DNA from: Fibrobacterota bacterium | GTDB lineage: Bacteria > Fibrobacterota > Fibrobacteria > UBA11236 | Reading direction: 5' to 3' | NCBI GenBank assembly: GCA_028287505.1 | Contig: JAQBPN010000074.1 | Coordinates: 22,266 to 86,265 of the forward strand | Length of the DNA stretch: 64,000 bases | Part shown: positions 58,895 to 64,000 of the stretch, one piece after another | How the letters are laid out: each line of letters opens with the position of its first letter | How positions within the stretch are numbered: the first letter of the stretch is position 1 | Notes under the pieces: model-generated | Database searches by the model: none | What the model saw: only the letters and a program-made list of their open reading frames with translations | What the model was told of the DNA's origin: nothing | Translations under genes and position numbers: made by a program

Positions 58895-61525
58895 TCAAGT
58901 GCTCCGGTGCTGCCAGTTTAGGTGGACCTGCATTTCCGGCTTGTCCCCGCGATGGCGGTAGTAGTCGGCGAGCAAGGCGTGGGTCTCCCCTATCGATTTG
59001 TCCACCTTGAGGCTGCGCGCCAGGGCTGCGTAGGCCATGCGGTAATGCCCCTTGCGCATGGATACGGCTCCCTTCATGGTGAGATACTTCGCATCCTCGG
59101 CGAATCCGGGACAGCGGGCCAGCAGGCCCGGAAGCTCATCCACCTTGCCCAGCTTCAGTTTCGTCCAGGCCAGCCGGTACAATGCGGATTCGTTGCCGAA
59201 AGGGTACAGACCCGACAGTTCCGCATATAGGCCTTCGCTCCCTTTCAAATCCCCGCGGCGGGCCAGCAGGGTGGCCAGGGAGTCGGTGTACAGCGGTTCG
59301 TCAGGATCCATCCTATGCAATTCCCGGAACAGGCTGAGGGCCGTATCCATGGCCGCCTTGGACTCGGCCGAGGTGTCCGGCATGGGAGCGACATACCAAT
59401 TCATCATGAGGTAGGAACCCAACTCCCCTTTCATGATCCGGGCGACGATATCCTTTTCCACCTTCTTTTCCGGTCCCAGCTTTTCCATCCAGGCGGGCGG
59501 ATAGTCGTAGAACAGGTTCTGATAATCCCGCGCGTCCGAGGCGAACTCCCAATAGCGGCGCTTGAGATAGACCATGCGCGAAAAGACCTGGTCGCACGGA
59601 TGCAGGGACGCCGCCTGCCGATAAGAGGCCGCGGCCTGCTGGTAGTTTTCATGGTCCTGGTAGTAGACGTCCCCAAGCTCCACCAGGAAGGCGGCCTTGC
59701 GCTCCGAAGGGCCGACGAATGCGCTGTCCCCAAGGATCAGGCCCACCCCGCCGATGTCGAGGATGTGCTCTTCCAGATCGGGCCGGGAAACGAACTTCTG
59801 CAGGCTGTACTTGAACGCGCGGGTCTTCTTCTTCTCGGTTTCGCCCCCGAAAGCCTCCCCGGCATGGTGGTAGAAAAGATCGGTGTCCTCGTTGCGGAAC
59901 CAATCGAAGCCCCCCGGCGCATTGTACGAGTAGTAGTAGAACCCGTCCCTGCCCGGATCGTACCCGGAAATGGGAACCCAATGCCCGTAGAGGCTCAGGA
60001 ACGGAACCCGCCCGGCGGCGAGCGCCGCCTTGATCCGATCGGCGGTGAGAAAACAGGTCGAGGCGGGCAATTGCAGTTGCCGCAACGCCGGAATCAGCTC
60101 CGGAACGTTTTCCATCTTCGGCAAATGCAGTTGCACCGTATTGGACAAATCCAGCAGGCGTTTTTTCAATTCCAGATCCGTCCAATCCGGCTTGAGAAAG
60201 GCGACCGCGCTCAGCAGCGCGTACCATTCCTGATCCAGATAGGATGCGGGCTTGATGAGGGGAAGATCCAATTGCAAAGGCGCGGCGGCAGGCGTCCCCG
60301 CGGCCGTGCGTTCCATCAGCGCCAAGGCGCGATCCGCGCGCTTGCCCATTTTGGCGTAGAAGGGTTTGTTCCGGCACCTGCGCGAAAGGTTCCGCAAAAG
60401 CGCCCGGGCCTTTTCCGGATTACCGGCCTGGTATTCCAATTCCGCCCATTCCTCCAGGAGGAAAGGAGTCCGGTAGGCCGAGGGAGTGCGGGCCAATTGG
60501 GCTTTTGCCAGGAAGCGATAGAGGCCGTAGTCGTGCCCGTTGAAGCTGCGCTCCCGCATCCCGGCCAGGTAATAGTTCCAGTCCCCCAGCATGAAAAGCA
60601 TGTTGGCATACATGAGCAGGGAAGGAAGCCCCAGGAAAAATGCGCGCTTGGCGAACACGTTGGTGCGCCGCGAACCCACCAGATACCCGATGCCGAGCAG
60701 GAACGCGCTGCCGTAAAACACCGCCTTCACCGCCGTCCGCCATTTCTGTTCCAGGTTGAACGGGAGAAGGAGGGTCTCCCGATCGGAACCTTGCAATTGC
60801 GCCGACAGGAAAAGATCGAAGCGCTCCCAGATCATGATCCAGGCCAGGACGGCCAGGACGGCGGCGTAGAAATAAATCAGCGCGCGCAATCCCGGTTTCA
60901 GCGATGCCTTCCAGGCCGCCAGGCCCGCTATGCCCACCAAGGGGGTGGCATAGATCATCCACAGCAATCCGTCCGTATAGACATCGCTGGGGAGATGGAT
61001 GGAAAAATTGTCCAGCTCTCCGATATTGTGGAGCAGGGCCATGATATAGACCAGGGGATAGATGGCCAATGCGGCCGCCAGCAGGGACTGTTGCAGCGAA
61101 TCGAATCGGATTGCTTCCGCCCTTTCCGCCGCTGACGGATTGGCGGGCGCCAAGCCTCCGGAATCCGGTTTTTTCACTTCTTGATCAAAGCGGAACAAGC
61201 TCGCCCGATCCTTGCGGAGCATGGACCAGGCGCTGGCCAACGCCAAAACCATATAGAGTAAAAGCAGCGCGGCCCAATGCAGGGGAGCCAGAAAAAGAAA
61301 AACCTGGAAAACCAGAAAGCCAAGACTGAGAACGAGGTTTCGGTTATAAGCGCCTTTTAGCAGGTTTCTCCGCCGCATTTTGGCGAACAAAAGAAACCAC
61401 AGGGCAAATGGGCCCAATAAAATCGAAACCAGGCCGAACCAAAAGGCCTTCAGTCCAGACGCGAAATCCGGTTTTCGGAGCAATAGGGTCCCTTTTTCAA
61501 TGCAAGCATACTTTTCATAAGCCAA
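58895..61525 (-). CDS. paralogous polytopic membrane protein: C39-like domain lacking the catalytic Cys, plus C-terminal TPR repeats
   Basis: Same architecture as the downstream gene. The His motif is retained (GHWVPISGYD) but the Cys position reads LDQEWYALLSAVAFL. Extensive C-terminal TPR-like helices. Confidence 0.5.
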   Translation of the reverse strand: MAYEKYACIEKGTLLLRKPDFASGLKAFWFGLVSILLGPFALWFLLFAKMRRRNLLKGAYNRNLVLSLGFLVFQVFLFLAPLHWAALLLLYMVLALASAWSMLRKDRASLFRFDQEVKKPDSGGLAPANPSAAERAEAIRFDSLQQSLLAAALAIYPLVYIMALLHNIGELDNFSIHLPSDVYTDGLLWMIYATPLVGIAGLAAWKASLKPGLRALIYFYAAVLAVLAWIMIWERFDLFLSAQLQGSDRETLLLPFNLEQKWRTAVKAVFYGSAFLLGIGYLVGSRRTNVFAKRAFFLGLPSLLMYANMLFMLGDWNYYLAGMRERSFNGHDYGLYRFLAKAQLARTPSAYRTPFLLEEWAELEYQAGNPEKARALLRNLSRRCRNKPFYAKMGKRADRALALMERTAAGTPAAAPLQLDLPLIKPASYLDQEWYALLSAVAFLKPDWTDLELKKRLLDLSNTVQLHLPKMENVPELIPALRQLQLPASTCFLTADRIKAALAAGRVPFLSLYGHWVPISGYDPGRDGFYYYSYNAPGGFDWFRNEDTDLFYHHAGEAFGGETEKKKTRAFKYSLQKFVSRPDLEEHILDIGGVGLILGDSAFVGPSERKAAFLVELGDVYYQDHENYQQAAASYRQAASLHPCDQVFSRMVYLKRRYWEFASDARDYQNLFYDYPPAWMEKLGPEKKVEKDIVARIMKGELGSYLMMNWYVAPMPDTSAESKAAMDTALSLFRELHRMDPDEPLYTDSLATLLARRGDLKGSEGLYAELSGLYPFGNESALYRLAWTKLKLGKVDELPGLLARCPGFAEDAKYLTMKGAVSMRKGHYRMAYAALARSLKVDKSIGETHALLADYYRHRGDKPEMQVHLNWQHRST

Positions 61526-61667
61526 AAATTTAAAGAGGAAAGTATAAAACCCCTAGTTCACAAGCAATTTGGAGGCATGCGGGTTGCGTTCTAACACCCT
61601 ATCTTTCAAGGAACTATAAAACCTTAATCCCGTTTTGGTTACAACACGTGTGAAATCCAACAAATTG

Positions 61668-61698
61668 TTGACGTGGGCAAGAGCGGGAGCCTATCTTT
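61668..61698 (+). promoter_or_regulatory. weak sigma70-like promoter candidate (TTGACG ... TATCTT, 19-nt spacer) in the divergent intergenic region
   Basis: Read directly from the sequence. The spacing is sub-optimal; the candidate lies about 270 nt upstream of the 61975 ATG. Confidence 0.2.
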
Positions 61699-61974
61699 CA
61701 TGGTACTTTGGGAGCGGATCTTCGACCTGTTCCCAGCATAAATTGAAAGACAGATTCTCCGTGGGCGTACGAGGAGAAATCAGTGGCTGAACATCTTGTC
61801 TTGTCAGTCGAAATTACGCCGAAGTGCATTATGGGGGACATGACTGTGCTTGATTCGCCGAAGGGCCGCCTTTTCGACCGGGCCCGTAGGAATTCAGCCA
61901 TGTCCGTATTTTCCCCCACCTTTGAATTCTCCCGATGCCTGGGAGTCGCCTTTAGGAGTGTCGCATGAAACCAT

Positions 61975-64000
61975 CCCTCGTCGTCCTCGTTGCGAAGAGG
62001 CTTGCGGATTTGTTCGTCGGTTGGGTCGGCACCCTGTTTTTCGTCGTCACCTATCCCTTCATCGCTCTTCTGATCAAACTGGAATCCAAAGGGCCGGTCC
62101 TATATTCGCAACAGCGGATCGGCATCAATCGCCGCGCCAGTCCCTACCAGATCTTCAAGCCCAAGAAGGAAGATGCGGTGGCGGCGGACGAAGCGGGTGC
62201 GTTCATCCTTTCCAACCGCCAGGTGGACTATGGCGGCGAACTCTTCACCATTCTCAAGTACCGCACCATGCGCGTCGATGCTGAGAGCCTGGGCCCGCAG
62301 TTGGCCAAAAAGGGACTGGATCCGCGCGTAACCAAGATCGGAAAATGGCTGCGCGCTTTGCATGTCGATGAACTGCCCCAGTTCGTCAATATCCTCCGCG
62401 GCGATATGAGCCTGATCGGCCCCCGCCCGGAACGCCCCTATTTTACGCTTCAGTATTCCAAGTCCATCCCCCACTATCTCGATCGCACCTTGTGGATCAA
62501 ACCCGGGCTGACCGGGCTGGCTCAGATCATCCTCGGCTACGATGACTCCCTGGAAAGCGTGGTCCGGAAAGTCCACTTCGACTATTCCTACCGCTCCGCC
62601 ACCAGCAGCTTCCTGACCTGGATCCGGATGGAAATCTGGGTGGCCGTCAATACCGTCCTCTACCTGCTGATCAAACCCCAGTTCGAAGGCGGCGAGAATC
62701 GGGACTTGGTAGGCCTCCGCCGCGCCAGGGTGGTCGATTTCCGGGCCAACTCGCCGTCGAAGAAGGACCTTCCGGAGATCAAGACCCTGGTGCACCAGCA
62801 TCAGACCAAGAGATCGATGATCCTGGTGGGGAGCAGCCCATACGAACTGAGCCGCACGCTGAAGGACATGGAACTCAATCCCAAGAAAACCCTGGACGTG
62901 CAGGTGAGCCCGGATGAGAACTGGGATCTGGAAGACCTGGGATTCCTGATCAATCTGGTGCACCGCGTCAAACAGACCGGCGGCCGCGTGGCCATCAAGA
63001 ATTCAAGCCCGCGCGTCCAGAAAATGCTGAAGGAAATCCACATGGACAGGGTGGTGGATCTCCACCGCCCCCAGGATACCGTCAAGAACTTCATGACCGT
63101 GGACGTGGAATGCTGGTTCCACGCATACAACCTCAAGGAGCAGGTCCCGCCCTCCACCTGGCATCTTCAGCCCACCCGCGTGGTGGCGAACGTGAAGAAA
63201 ATCCTGGACCTGTTCCGCACCCACGACACCAAGGCGACCTTCTTCGTGCTTGGATGGGTCGCCGATCATTTCCCGGATGTGGTGAAGATGATCGAGGCGG
63301 AAGGCCACGAAATCGGCACCCACGGCTACTACCATAACCTGCTGACCAACATGACTCCGTCCCAGTTCGAAGAGGATTTGGAAAAGTCCCTGGTTTCCAT
63401 CGGCAAACTCACCAAGCAGACCATCATCGGCCACCGCGCATCGAACTTCACCATCGTGGAATCGACCTTGTGGGCCTTGGAAATCCTGCATAAATACGGC
63501 ATCGAATACGATTCCAGCGTCTTCCCCATCAAGCGGGAACGTTACGGCATTTCCAAATATCCCAACCGCCTGCCCCACCAGATGCAATTCCAGAACGGGA
63601 AACAGATCACGGAAATCCCCCTTTCAACCCTGGGATTGGGAAACAAACTGCTTCCGATTTCCGGGGGCGGATACCTGCGACTTTATCCGTATGCGGTCAC
63701 GGACCGGTACATCGAGCAGAAGAACCAGCGCGGGCTGCCCGCCATGGTCTATTTCCATCCCTGGGAACTGGACACGGAACAGAAGCGGCTGAACGTGGGG
63801 GCCATGAAAGGCTTCCAGCATTACGTGAATCTGGACAGCACGGAATGGAAGCTGAGCCGTATGATGGAGCGGTTTTTCTTCACCTCGGTCAAGGAGAACC
63901 TGCAATCCCGCCGCGTGCAGTCCTTGTTGCGCAAGAACCCCGTGAAAGTGGAACGGATGATGGGGATTGCCACCGGGGAAGAAGGCGCGTTCCGCCTGGC
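61975..64000 (+). CDS. fusion protein: polyprenyl-phosphate sugar transferase (PglC/EpsL-like), STAS-like domain and DUF3473/PEP-CTERM-locus-type polysaccharide deacetylase; 3'-partial
   Basis: ATG at 61975 is preceded by an aggag RBS. Manual translation is stop-free to the window end (over 675 aa). Sugar-transferase motifs: KRLADLFVGWVGTLFF, YRTMRVDAE, DELPQFVNILRGDMSLIGPRP. Deacetylase motifs: FMTVDVECWFH, TKATFFVLGWVADHFPDVVKMIEAEGHEIGTHGYYH, GGGYLRLYPY, YFHPWELD. Absent from the ORF track, presumably because there is no stop inside the window. Confidence 0.75.

Noticed and set aside
1-64000. CRISPR arrays and rRNA genes
   Set aside because: No regularly spaced direct repeats and no rRNA-like conserved blocks were seen anywhere in the window. 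The only tandem repeats are the 21-bp coding repeat at 7582 and a 12-bp duplication at about 21536.

Overview
This is a 64-kb, high-GC (about 62-64%) chromosomal segment from a diderm bacterium. Genes are densely packed, and many adjacent genes overlap stop and start codons by 4 nt (ATGA or GTGA). Most of the window is housekeeping: sppA, def, tadA, lptF, lptG, a TPR lipoprotein resembling Tol-Pal YbgF/CpoB, bamD, nadD, purC, purH, trmFO, tatD, miaA, cysK, ligA, a tRNA-Gly(GCC) with a clean terminator, moaA, cutA, thpR, oxyR, a rubrerythrin-like gene with a separate rubredoxin, and ppk2. Envelope and secretion content includes a secreted TldD/PmbA protease pair, a murein-peptide recycling module (MpaA-like amidase, GT1 glycosyltransferase, L-Ala-D/L-Glu epimerase), a GGDEF/GAF diguanylate cyclase, a hybrid histidine kinase, and a papain-like C1 protease carrying a T9SS/FlgD-Ig-type C-terminal sorting domain. 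The sorting domain, together with a bacilliredoxin gene, suggests the FCB superphylum or a related lineage. Lower-GC accessory islets hold a truncated IS21-like transposase, a lysine-rich hypothetical gene, tandem Bor-family lipoproteins and an ACP-like gene. The most unusual locus lies at 53.6-64 kb. On the minus strand it encodes an ABC-2 exporter, a lipoprotein, a small membrane protein and two tandem paralogous giant polytopic membrane proteins with a C39-like papain-fold domain and C-terminal TPRs; one paralog has lost the catalytic Cys. Divergent from this operon, a long plus-strand ORF (61975 to beyond the window) is absent from the ORF track and fuses a polyprenyl-phosphate sugar transferase, a STAS-like domain and a DUF3473/PEP-CTERM-type polysaccharide deacetylase. 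Many long antisense ORFs in the track are high-GC shadow ORFs and were not called.
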